A DNA stretch of 64,000 nt from Bilabrum cf. latius (taxonomy: Eukaryota): contig OZ237751.1 of NCBI GenBank assembly GCA_965178125.1, forward strand, positions 682,001 through 746,000. Direction: 5' to 3'. A program made the position numbers and the translations under genes. Positions 13,022-24,600 of the stretch are shown here, piece after piece. The notes under the pieces are model-generated. The model searched no databases, was not told the origin of the DNA, and worked only from the letters and a program-made list of their open reading frames with translations. How positions within the stretch are numbered: position 1 is the first letter of the stretch; the number at the start of each line of letters is the position of its first letter.

Positions 13022-14047
13022 TCATGTTCCTTCGCCGTCTTCCATGGCTGCTGCCCCGCTGCCACCGTGCGACACAGCGTCGGCACCAGCACCAGCACCA
13101 CGGCGCCTACTGGCACCGCGGCCGACGCCCATGTCCTCGTCATCGTCCTCATCCTCATCACTACTGTCGCCACTAGCGCCGTCGTCGCGGTCCATGACGC
13201 CAATCCGCCCCCCAAGCCGCTGACCCCCCCCTTGTCCCGTCAGGAACGCGTTGCTCCCAATGGTCCCCGCCGCCAGCTGCTCAAACATGCTCTCGGACAC
13301 GCGCAGCATGCCATCGTCCTCGTCTTCAGGCGGGCCCTGACCCGCCCCTGCTCCGACCATGAACGTGCTGGGAATCGAGCCTGCGCGCCCGCCGCTCAGG
13401 CCCGCAGAGCCCGCTGGCGCGGTGCCAGGGTCCAGGTGCCGTAAGGCAGCGGATGATCCAGAGCTGGACGATGCCACTGCTGCAGAGGCAGACGATGATG
13501 ACGTAGACTATGGAGCTGAAGATATGAGCCCACTACTTCTGCTTTTCGGCGACGAATGTCCAGTCGCGGCGGACGATGGCGGTATCTACAGTCGCCGACC
13601 AGAATCTTCATGCTCGTCCCCAACAATGCGAGCGATGGAAAATCCCACTTCAACAGTAGGAACGCCTGCGCTGTCTGCACTGTCACCTGCTTGAGAGGTG
13701 CTACCTTCCTCTACTTCCATTTCCATCGCAACCGAAGCCCCAGCTCTGGCGGCTTGTTCCAGCTGCTCGTTTGCCTACCGCATCGACGGCAAAAATGTCT
13801 ATAACCGCTACGCCACTGCAAATGTAAGCCTTAAAGGGGCAATATCAAGAATTATGCGCTTGACAATATGCAAGTCATGCTGAAATAGCGACATGTACCC
13901 CAACTGCAACTCACGTTGTTTGCTCCGGAGTGCGGCGCGAACCGCCTCTTCTCTGCTCGGTTTCGGTTTCTGGCTCAATGAGTGGCCAGGAAAAAGCTAT
14001 GTCTCTCCAACCTCAAGCCGTTTGCCCGATCCACCTCGTCCATCCAT
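13022..14047 (-). CDS. DUF4598 / NOPCHAP1 (C12orf45)-like protein with low-complexity tail
   Basis: With TAG as sense the frame reads RL*TFLPSMR*ANEQLEQAA...PTVEVGFSIA, resembling the family motif xxQTFLPQMxxANEKL...IxMD(L/V)xL. Six TAGs (13997, 13808, 13799, 13775, 13586, 13508); probable intron 13816-13914; ends TGA. Confidence 0.6.
13816..13914 (-). other. Probable spliceosomal intron (99 nt)
   Basis: GTGAG donor, TTTGCAG acceptor, AT-richer interior. It is in frame and stop-free, so splicing is not strictly required. Confidence 0.55.
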
Positions 14048-14178
14048 TTTTAAGAGTAAAGAATCGCTCCTCATGCGGGTTCCTGTTGTCCTCATCTTCA
14101 AGCCAGCGAAAGGGCACAAATACATCCCTCAGAGCCGCACTAGGGTCCATGACAGGAATTGTTAGTTGAGATCATACA

Positions 14179-16065
14179 ATGCAAGACTTGGAACTAGCCA
14201 AACAGAACGGAGATGACTTGTTCCGATAGCAGCAGTACCGCAAGGCGATCGCAAGCTATGGACTGGCAAAGTCAGTTCTTTCCGCGAGACCCTCCTTGTT
14301 AGCTGCCAAGATGGTTTCCAATGGGTCCCAGTGTTTATTTCGATTGCGTGAAGCTCAGCAATGCTGGGACTGGGCAAAGGCTGCCTTGCAGTGGCTCGAA
14401 ACGGCTTCGCCCAGCTCAGCAGACGTTATTCGCCTGCGACTGAAGTGCAGCCTGCGAATGCACAAAGCAGCCAAGCTGTCCCAGAGCAATGCATTTGGTG
14501 CTCGGCCATTTCTGCTTCGAGCCCTGGCAGCGTCCTAGAAGAACCACTTCAAAGAATTAGATGCGCTCACGGCCGAGGTCGCGAAGGCTGCTGTGGAAAG
14601 CGCAGGCTCATCAGCAGATGAGGCAGCGGGAGGTAGCAGCACCACTGGCAGTGCGAGTTACACACGCACCACAACGCCGCTTCGAAAGCCACCTGTCACA
14701 GAATCCATGATTCCCGCCCCGCTCCGCCCCAAGTGGGTGTACACCCCAAGCGCCGATGGCACCGACACGAATCTCGTGCTCGCCCTGCACGGGTTTGGCG
14801 ACACGCCGGACGCCATCGCGGCGTTTGCCGTGAGGCTCGCACTCCCGCAGACCGCCGTGCTGGCCGTCTCCGGGCCGCACTCCATGCCGTTTTTTGGCTC
14901 CGGATTCTTCCAGGGGGTGGATATTGCGGGCAAGCCGTTGGGACCTCCACCCGGCGTCCCACCGTACTCTGCCAGAGATAGGCTCTCAGTCGCTGCATCC
15001 TCCGCGTCAACTTCAAAAGGTGCCTCCCTTGCTGCATCACCGGGGTCAGCTTCGCTTGCATCTGCGTCGGGACAGGGAATGGAGAAAAGCGACGCGCCGG
15101 GGCGTGGCAGCGGTGAACCTAGTTTGGTGCCAGACACTATAGGCGCCCGCGTGAGAACGATGGCACAGACACTGGTGCTTCTGTCACAACTGGTCGCAAA
15201 TGTGTGCGAGGGGTGCGGCTGGAAACCCGGCGATATTCACGGGCTCGGGTTCGGACAGGGAGGCGCGGCCCTGCTGCATCTCATGTCTGCACCCAAGGCA
15301 GCGAGACGCATCCTCAGGGCGGAGAAGGCAGCCACGGCGCAGGCGGCGGCAGGTGCAGGTGCAGGTGCAGGTGCAGGTGCAGGTGCAGGTGCAGGTGCAG
15401 GTGCAGGTGCAGGTGCAGGTGCAGGTGCAGGTGCAGGTGCAGGTGCAGGTGCAGGTGTAGGTGCAGGTGCAGGTGTAGGGGCGTCTGACTCAGCAGGTCC
15501 AGACGGCTCGGTACCGCCAAGCGTCGGGGCCTCGACAGAGGTAGAAACACAAGGTGGCCGAGAAGTGGGCCTTTCAGCTCGTACGCTTTTGCCGACATCG
15601 CTGTTCAATCGCAAGATTCTCCGACGAATCGCGGCCGCTGGCGAGATTGGCTCCGTGGTGTCGCTGGGTGCCGGTTTGCTCGAAGAGAGCTGCCTGCAGT
15701 GGACTAAACCCGAGCTAATAAATGAGTCCATGCAAGTTCTGAAAGCAGGTTTGGGTTCAATCGAGGCAGATTTCGTCATTGTATTAGGTGAGCGACAGGA
15801 GGAACTGTCTGAACAGGCTGCGCTCGCAACTTGTGAGTGCGTTCAAGGACTCGTAGCGGCCAAGGACACCAGTGCATCGGCTGAGAATGCACCAATCATT
15901 GTGCTGCGCGGAACCAGCGACGCCATCCCCCGAACGAAAGCGGGGATCAGGCCGTGCATGGAGTTCTGGGCCTCCAGACTAGGAAGGCGCCTAGTGGAAC
16001 TGGAGAAGCAAGTTGACGTCGTGATCCCCGGGCCGGGAGCCAAATCCATGACGAGCAACTCGTGA
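14179..16065 (+). CDS. N-terminal TPR plus phospholipase/carboxylesterase-like alpha/beta-hydrolase fusion (628 aa)
   Basis: MQDLELAKQNGDDLFR*QQYRKAIASYGLA is TPR-like (TAG 14227). A second TAG at 14536 joins it to LVLALHGFGDT...GFGQGG...IPRT..MEFWASRL. Ends TGA. Confidence 0.75.
15349..15477 (+). repeat. Coding hexanucleotide microsatellite (GCAGGT)n, about 21 units, encoding (AG)n
   Basis: Perfect GCAGGT array with GTAGGT variants at the 3' end. Confidence 0.95.
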
Positions 16066-16202
16066 TGCACGGGGTGTAGGTGAAGCAACTTGTCATAATG
16101 GTGCGTGCGTTGTTGCGACCATTGGCGCGGTGACAGCTGTGCTCAGCAGCAACTGCTCGCCTACCCGCTTCACTCAATAAGGGTTTGCTCAAGCTCGTTG
16201 AA

Positions 16203-17624
16203 ATGCACGCCGGAGATGATGATGATTTGCTCGGAGATTAGCTAATGATTGATTCCTCCAGTGACTGGATGGGCGGTCCGTCCAAGCTCGCAGATGCGCA
16301 GTTGCAGTTAGTAGGAGCAGGCGGTCGAGCATCACAGGATCAGTGGCAGGAAAGCGCATGGGCCGATACCATGAACTCTCATGTATTTTAGTAGAAAATG
16401 CAAGGCGGAGATCCAAGCTTGATGGACGAATCAATGTCATCTGGTGGAAAGAAACATTCCGATGATTCCAAACGTGCAGAGCTAGGCGAGCATATACCAA
16501 CAGCAGGCCCACGGGACATAAGTCCAATTCCTACAGTCAAGCTTACATAGAAATTAGCTGCCGGGGCTGATGTGGAAGAATTTGCGGCAGAAGAGATGGT
16601 GAACGAGACCGTAGCGTCTGCCGCAACTCTCTCCAAGATTTGTGATTCTCTTGACCGCTCTGGTTCGGACGGGACCAAGGGTCCTCGCACAGATCCGAAT
16701 GATCATGTACTAGAAGGATCTGGCGCAGTTGCAAGCCTCCTGGGAAGTTTGCTGGACTTCCACCGCCCCGCTTCCGGAGCAGATGGCTCCTCAAGCGAGC
16801 AGCCGGCGACGGGCCCGCCCTCCCCACAGACAGTGCTGCTACGGCAGCTGCAGTAGCTCCGCTCCGTCATGCTGATGCTAAAAGGAAAGCACGACAAAGA
16901 CCGAGAAGAGCTCACCAGGCTGCGGATCATCGCCCGCACCTCGCAGGAATCGGCGGAATCGGCCGACGCGGCCGCCGACAGCCTCAGGAGCACTATACAG
17001 TCCCTGCAAGAGGAACGAGACTCGCTGCGCGCATGCCTCGAGGATCAGACGACACTTCAGTCACAGGTGCTACGCGCCCGTGCTGCAGCATCACAGCAAG
17101 ATGGCCTGATGCGGGAGGCTAAAGCCAGGCAGGCCGGTCTGCTGTCCGACATTTCCGGTTTAGAGAGCACCGTGCAGCAGCTAGAGCAGAAGCTGACCAT
17201 CGCTTAGCGGTCTGCGGCGGCTGCGCATGGCTCTAGTAGCGAGGCCAGCGCGCGGCAGGAGCAGCTCGGTCGCGAGCTAGAGGAGGCATCCGGTCGGTCG
17301 GCAGCTGCCGAGCGAGAGATAGGCAGGCTAAAGGAGGAGCTAGAGCAGGGCAAGAAGACTCATCATCAGCTGCAGTAGCGTCTCGCAGAGTCCTAGAAGG
17401 AGACATCGCGGCTGAGGGAACAGGTCAACGACGAGGCAGGCGCTCGCCAAGCAGCAAGCAAGCACGCTCGCTCGGGTGACGGTGAGGTCGAGAGACTCCG
17501 GGCGGAGCTCGAACAGGCGAGAGCGAGCGCAGCTGCTGAGCGCCGGAAGTACGTGCAGCTGACGGACCAGATCAAGCGCGCGAGGAAGCAGGCGATGAGG
17601 GGAAAGAAGAAGGCGGGGTCGTGA
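16203..17624 (+). CDS. Coiled-coil protein (about 473 aa)
   Basis: Single frame with TAGs at 16239, 16389+16392 (tandem), 16548, 16854, 17205, 17376 and 17394, in heptad contexts such as RQLQ*LRS and HQLQ*RLAES*KE. Ends TGA 17622-17624. Confidence 0.7.
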
Positions 17625-17892
17625 GAACGAAGGGCAAGTCGACCGGGAGGGGCGTTGTGGGGCCGGGGTCAGGCAGTAGAGAGAAGTATGATGTGCAATC
17701 AGTGCTATAGTGCTTGCGATCACGTTTGCATTACGATGAATTTGAGGGTTGATCGATCGGAGAACGAGTCGATGTGCCGACAGTACGCAGGTTTCGTCAA
17801 TTCAAACCAGCACCTCACTAAAACCATTAAACCAGACTCGATAAATCCGGGCCAAGAACAGCAGTAATTTCATCCAGTTTTATCACAGCCTC

Positions 17893-20800
17893 ATGGTAGA
17901 TGCGCGTTTGATACATTCAATGCTTGGAACGGATGGGCATCCGAGGGCCATGCCCCCAGCGAGCCTCCATGCTGTGATTGCCCATCCGGATCCTACGCCA
18001 AGTGCTGTTGATGTTGCTTCTATTGAGGCCATTGGACGCACTGATGAATACACTGCAGCAGTAGCAGCAATCAAATTATCTGGGCCCAGGCTCCGCACTC
18101 TTTGTGCCGATCCACGTGGCAGGCATGCCAAGCAGCTTGAGCAACAGCTGCGGTTCGTTGCAGACACACTGTACCGGCTGCCTAGGTCGGCTTGGAATAG
18201 CTCTAGCATGCTATCAGATGTGAGTGATGGCAAGAAGAGCAGCAGCATCGTGAAAGAGGTTTGTTACATTCTAGGCAGCTGCGGCCTGCCAGCGAGTATT
18301 CTTGTGGAGGCCGCGAAGCTAGCGCACTCGCTATCTCGGCCGGAGTCGTCCCCGCGGCACTTTGCGGGATGCAAGTTCGGAGCGAACGTGGCCGGACTAT
18401 TGCGAGAGCACAGGAGTGTCAGTGCACTGGTGGCACCTGCGACGACTGCGCTGTTCAACGTAGTGAGCGATGCGACGATCGGGAAGGAGTTTGTGGACGC
18501 CATGGGCATTGAGAGTGCGGGTCTCGCGTGGAGAAAACATATGGACAGCGACGCTGTTTGCAGTGCCATGCTAGATCTCATGCTGCGAATGATGCCGAGG
18601 ATGAGAGAGGGACAATACGGCGACAAGCCGGTGCAGGTGCAATTTGCCTAGCACCTGCTGTGCCTGTGCTCTGTGTGCGTGCGGCAGGGGGGCGTGGAGC
18701 GACAGCACCGCCAGCCGTTTGACATCGCGAGGAAATGCATCCGTATCGTGTCTACCTGTGTGTCTCGCCGGGGCGTTGTGGCGGCGGGATGGATGGACAC
18801 GTTGCTGGGCACAGATGGCGCGACCGGCCTCGATCAATCGTGGAGCCCTTCTGAGCTACAAAAAGGAGAGGGGGCTGGTGTGGATGCGCAAAAAGGCAAG
18901 GGAGATACAGGGGTGGATGCTGACTCTGTGATCCGTCCGTGCTGCCTACCAGCTCTGCTGGTGAGTGAGCTAGCGCCGTGCATGGAGCGGCTGGCAGCGG
19001 ATGGGTCTGTGTCCTAGTCAGGGGAACTGCCATCGGGGAAACACGCTGAGCTGCGTGACGACACGCGCACCATGCTTGAATTGATATGCCAGCGGGGCGG
19101 ATCGCGGGACCGTCTGCAGCAAATGGGTCTGGCGTAGGGTCTGACTGGTCTTGGGGGGGCGATTCAGGGGGCGGTGCGCCTGAGCTCGGTGTGTCGCCGC
19201 GTTGGGATAGCATCTCGGGATCGAGGTGAGGGTGTGGGCGCTGTGGTGCTGGATCTGGTGAGTCGGATGGGCGTGTCTGACATGCTGGCGGCGATGGATG
19301 TAACGGTGAGTGGTGAACTGGATGGGGCGGCATCGGCGTAGTCGACAGCAACAGGTGAGTTGAGGGGAGGTGTGGGTGCGGCAGGGGCCTCAAACGATCA
19401 CGGAGTGACCTATGGTGGCCAGGATATGGGTCGTCGTGAGGTGCTTGCGGCAGCGATGCGTGGCGCGTGGGAGGAGAAGGGAGGCCCGAGCGTAGGATGT
19501 ATAAGGAGTAGAGAGGGCGCATCGTAGGACACCAAGACGGAGGAAGCTGCGGGTGAGCTAGTGGAGCTGGCGGGCAGCTTGGCGGGGGTGGATGGCGTGC
19601 TCGCCGTGGTGCGATCGTAGGGTGTGGGGCAGCGGTCGCTGGTGCTTCGCGCGGCGGAGCATGTGCTGTCCATGACGACATCTGGTCGTGCTAGCGGGTC
19701 ACTGTCTGGCGTGGTGGATTTCGCGGAGGTTGCGCTGGAGGCATTCGGCACATCGGACGGTCCAATCGCGGAGACGGTGCTGGAGAGTCTGTACTTCGCG
19801 TGCTTCCGTCAGGGTGTGCGGGAGCGACTGGTGGGGGGCAAGGGGTACGAGCTGTGTCGCAGCGCTGGTTCGCATTGGGACGGAGGTAGAGCGCATGGGC
19901 GTGTGCATGAATTGAGCCGAGGCGTGCAGGTCCTGTGCGAGAAGGAGCTGCGGAATGTGGCTGGGTTGCGGGCCCAGCGGGAGCAGCGGGAGGCCGAGGC
20001 TCGCGCGGCTGCATCGGGCGCATCGGGCGCATAGGGTGGCATGGGTGCAAGCGGTCGTGAGCGCGGTGGCGAGGACGGTTCCAGGAGTAGGCGTGCAGAC
20101 GCCTAGCGTCACGTGGATCGTCTGCGCCACGAATTCGAGCAGGCGAGAGCTCGGCTGCAGGTGAGACGCAGGCTTGCCCCTGCAGACCACGAGGCACTCG
20201 CACGGGCGAATATTGAGGTGTCGGCGGCGCGCGCCCGACTATCGGAGGCACTGAACCAGGCGGAGAGGGCGGCACAGGCGTCGGCGGGTGGATCAAGTCA
20301 GGCCCCCCCGGACCTCACTGCGAGGAGGTATCGGATGGCTGAGGGTCTTGACCAGGAGCGGTCCATGCTGTCGAGGCTTGAGATGCAGAGGAGGCACCTG
20401 GAAGCATCTGCTACCCCTATGCACCGCCGTGTTGAGTAGGCCTTGGCTGAGGTCGGCGCCGAGGCAAGCCGCTCTGGTCGCCTGGCACAGGCACAGCCGA
20501 ACAGCCAGTAGTAGACCGGGAGGTACCCGCCAATGCCAAGGACGAGATCCAGGGATTTACCGCTGGAATATGGTAGGGCTGCGATGGCATCACCGCTGGG
20601 TGGATATGCATCGTACAGCCCGTATGTACGCGGTGCTAGTGACCCGTGGATGGTTCCTCCTCACGGCTCGAGTGACAGAGACAGGGAGAGGGACAGGGAC
20701 AGGGACAGGGCTGTGTTGGGAGCGAGGAGGTCAACTGGGAGCAGTGTAGACGCACGTGGTGAGGGGGTGCCCCCATAGTGGCAAAATAGTGAACCAGACG

Positions 20801-21270
20801 CACGTGGTGAGGGGGTGTTCCCATAGTGGCTAAGTGGTATACCAGGCAGGTATCGTCCGTTGGACGCGGATGGCACCTCTTTGTCGGATCGTGGCATCAG
20901 CCCCGTGTTGGGGAGGTTGGCGGGCACTACACCCGAGGAGGAAGAGAGTGGGGGCATCGGTGACCTTCGACGCAGCCGTGCAGGTTTGTCAGACTCTCGG
21001 CCTGCAGGCCATCAGACGACCAGTCCCGGCGATGTGGGGGACGAGATGGCAGGCATAGACGCTGGGTTGCGTGCAATGGAAGAGGAGATACTCGCTGCAG
21101 AGGAAGTTTTACGGGGTGAGAGTGCTGAAATTGATTTGGGACGTTCGCAGGAGGACGATGGCGGTTTGGGTGGCGCGTGGTTGCCCCGGCGAGGCACGGA
21201 GGGGAGCGGTGGAAGAGGCAGAGGCAGAGGCAGAGGCAGAGGGGGAGGGAGGGGCAGGGGGCGGAGCTGA
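17893..21270 (+). CDS. Hypothetical protein: helical/ARM-like N-terminal half, coiled coil, RD repeats and C-terminal RG-rich tail (about 1125 aa)
   Basis: Frame +1 is continuous with about 13 TAGs, including CAG TAG TAG at 20506-20514, and no TAA/TGA until TGA 21268. Confidence 0.7.
20748..20830 (+). repeat. 48-bp-period coding tandem duplication
   Basis: agacgcacgtggtgagggggtg..cccatagtggc occurs at 20748 and 20796; both copies keep the in-frame TAG. Confidence 0.85.
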
Positions 21271-21673
21271 TGTGAATTGGGCTTTAGTTTGGTCGACTCT
21301 GTCCTGTTGTCGCCTGTGCATCTTGGAGAGTGAGCCGAAGCCCTTCATGACTACAGTGTACTATGTTTGAGATCCGTTCGTGTTTCTTGCCTGCGCGGCA
21401 AGCGAGTGAATTGGGGCGCACATGGCGAATGGATTGTTTATTTTGGTCAGATGCCTGAGGTGTGCTGTCGGGGCGGGCAGGCAGGCCGTAAAAAACGCGG
21501 GCACGCCACTGAAATCACGTTTTGTTTCTCCCGTGGTTTCGCACGCAACAATCGTTCGAACTGGCCATGGGTGATTAACTGCACAGAGCATTGTAGACAA
21601 ATTTCTGAAGAAAGTATACTATTAAGATTTGCATCGATAGTATAGCTCTGTGTCATTTGGCTGAAGATCACCG

Positions 21674-24600
21674 ATGTGGTCCCGATGCCTCGTGCTAGCT
21701 ACGACATTTGGCGCAATTCTCAGTGCCTCAGCCTAGCAAATCAGCGACAGAGCACTGTTGCTTCCCCTGACAACTAGAGAATCCGGTACAAAGGTTGAAC
21801 CTTTCAGAGTTCACGTTGGAGGCACGAAAGGGTAGCCATCGGACAGCTGCTATCGCTGGGAGGCTGCCGGGAAGGAACCAGATGCTATCCAAGTTACCCT
21901 TGACGATGCCAGCCGTGACGGATGCCCTCCAAATACCGCCGGTGCCGCGTTTGTTGTTGCCCAACCACTCGAGAGCGGTGCAGCCGCGCCCACTACCATC
22001 GAGGCTGTTTTGGAGGCGGTGTCTAGCGGGCCTGTAAACGGTGAGAAAGCCATTGCACGCACCTGACGCGATTTCGCACCATTGTTCTGCACGACTCAGC
22101 ACGATTCCGGCTGCATGTCTAGTAAGCGCTCCAATTTTGCAGGTCGCCGCTTAAGGCTCCGCTGCGACGTTCGCATCAACCGGATCCACAGCCTGGAGAT
22201 TTCGTCAGTCGCGGACAGCCTCGGCCGCACCCACCGGGAGCAGGTGTACGCGATAGGGAAAGATTCAAGGAACAACACGTTTTCTACTTTGGAGGGAATG
22301 AGGTTCCGCTGGGAATCGACGAACAAGCCCGCCGAGGCTGTGGATGATCCAAGCCTGAATGCGACCGCCCCTGGCGCCGCCGAAGTTCTCTCCGTCATCC
22401 GTCTGTCAGACAGCGACGTTATCGCCAGCAAGGCAAGGCAGGCCGTGGAGGCGCACGGTTTTCTCGCCGATAGGGTGGTTCTCTGCGGCAGCAGCACTGG
22501 CGTGGCCACGCTCGGATTGGCCATCCTCGAGCCAGACTACGTCGAGGACGTCAGCGAAGCCCAGCGAACGTTCCTTGTACGTGACCTGACGGAGCTCCAC
22601 CCCGTGTGGCGGATACGCACGGCCCCCGCAACGGATATCTCGTACCGGGTCCTCCTCGACATATACGAAGCGAGGAAGGTAGCCACGCTCCCGGACGAGC
22701 ACTTCCGGTTTACCGCCGCCGAAGGAGCAACCGCGCTGACGCTCGTGGACGCCCGCACCGATGCTGGCCGCGAGCTGGCCGAGGCCTCCCCTGTCCGGCT
22801 GCTGGACGACAGCAGCGGCACCGTGGTGGCTCGGGAGGTAGGGCGGGCCTCCATCGGCCTCGTCGACTTGAGACTGCCGGCGCACATCAACTCGATGGGG
22901 CGGGTGATCGTGGTGGAGCCCAGGAGGATGGAGCTGGTGCTGGATCCATTTGTTCCCTGGAGGAGCCCGAGGGGTGACCTGTGGGCACCGCTGTACGATG
23001 ACACGGTACCAGGGTTGACCGAGGACACAACACGACTCGCCTGTGACGTCAGCGGCGACCCGGACGCCGACTCGAACGGCGTCCCGTTGCTGGAGCTGAT
23101 CGCTGCACTGCGGGAGGGATTCTCTAGAGGAGACATGGAGTGGTCCACAGACGCGGAGGGGGTGCCCTTGCCTAGGGTGCTTCCCGACGGTACTCGGCCT
23201 GACTTTGACTACACGTGGGGCCGGCACAGCTGGGCGCAGCGAAGGCTTAGAGACGTAGGAAACTACGCGGAGAGGGGCTCTCGTTCCAACTCCATGGATC
23301 TTGTCGACCCGTCCGACCTCAATGGTGCGGGGGTCCATCTAACGCACGCAACCAGGGTGGAGCACCCTGGCACCTCCACGCCCTGCGACAAGGGCGTGCC
23401 CGTAGGGCTCGTGGAGCGGTGGGGCTTCCCCTGGACGCAGCGCAGCACGCGCCTGGAGCCCATCCGGCAGGGTGAGTCGCGACCTGTTCCCTGGAGACTG
23501 GTCGCAAATCGGGGGTACTGGATCACCCCGGAACTACACGAGCACCTGAAGAGTGCGGGGTCTGGCAGCGCCGGGAGGGAGGCAGCGAGAGGGCAGCAGT
23601 CCACGTTCACCGCCAGCGAGCCTCTGTATGCCGGCTACAATATCCTGTTTGGGTTGGAGATCTTGGGCCAGGGCAGCAACGCGGTGCTCAAGGTGGCCTC
23701 CGAGGCGGACACTGCTCTCGCCGCCCGCGGTTTCGATGTTGACCTGCTGGCGTATTGCAGGGAGGGCGGCGCCGTTGCCGAGGGCCAGGTGTAGAACGTC
23801 ACCGCGAGGAGGCGCGTGCTCGTGGTGGCGTGTGACGCCGATTCCCAAGCCGAGGTGAAGGCGAACCTCGGCGGAATCCGCAGCCGGCAGCAACCAGCAG
23901 TGGCGTGGCCCGCGGCTGACGGTGACTCTGATGAGGACAGGCAGGTCGATATCAGGTCGCCTGCAGTGCGAGCCATCGTGGCGCGCCAGCTGGCCATCTC
24001 TGATCCGCCGCAGGCCGTACGCATCCCATTCGTGCCGGGGATTGGCCAGCGGCTGCCGGTGGAGACCGAGGGCGGCAGCGGCTCCACCGTCGTGGCGGTT
24101 TGGAGGGCGCCAGTGGCCATGCACCCCGCGACCGGGAATGCCGAGGCATGCGCTGCCGCGGAGGCTGGGCAGCCGCTGGATTGGCAGGCTCAGTTCAATG
24201 AGACGAGGAGGCTGTATAGGCCGGAATCGCTGCTGCTCACGTCAAGCGATGACGCCGAGGACAGCAACGACGCCGCGGATCTTGCGCACGCAGTGCAGGC
24301 TGCCAGGAAAGTGCTCCAGCCCAGTGACGGCGCTGTGCTATCGTACGAGGCTGCCGGCACGGCCTATGTTGTTGCATCAGACAGTGCAGACCCATACAAT
24401 GCGGATGGGCAGCAGGTCACCGCAGCGCCTCCCGTCACGCCACGCATCGTGGCAGGCGAGATTTTGGAGGTGATGCAGGGCCAGGCAGTGTGGGTGGGCA
24501 CGCGGCTGCTGACAAAGGATGGCCTCGGTTTCTATGTCTGCGACGCCTCTTCTGTCTTGCTGGACTGGAAGATTAAGGGCGAGTCCAGCGTGGTATCCGT

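Noticed and set aside
21271-21673. Suppressor tRNA(CUA) in intergenic DNA (GTTCGAA near 21553)
   Set aside because: I could not fold a cloverleaf here or in other gaps; the tRNA is presumably elsewhere. tRNAscan-SE would settle it.
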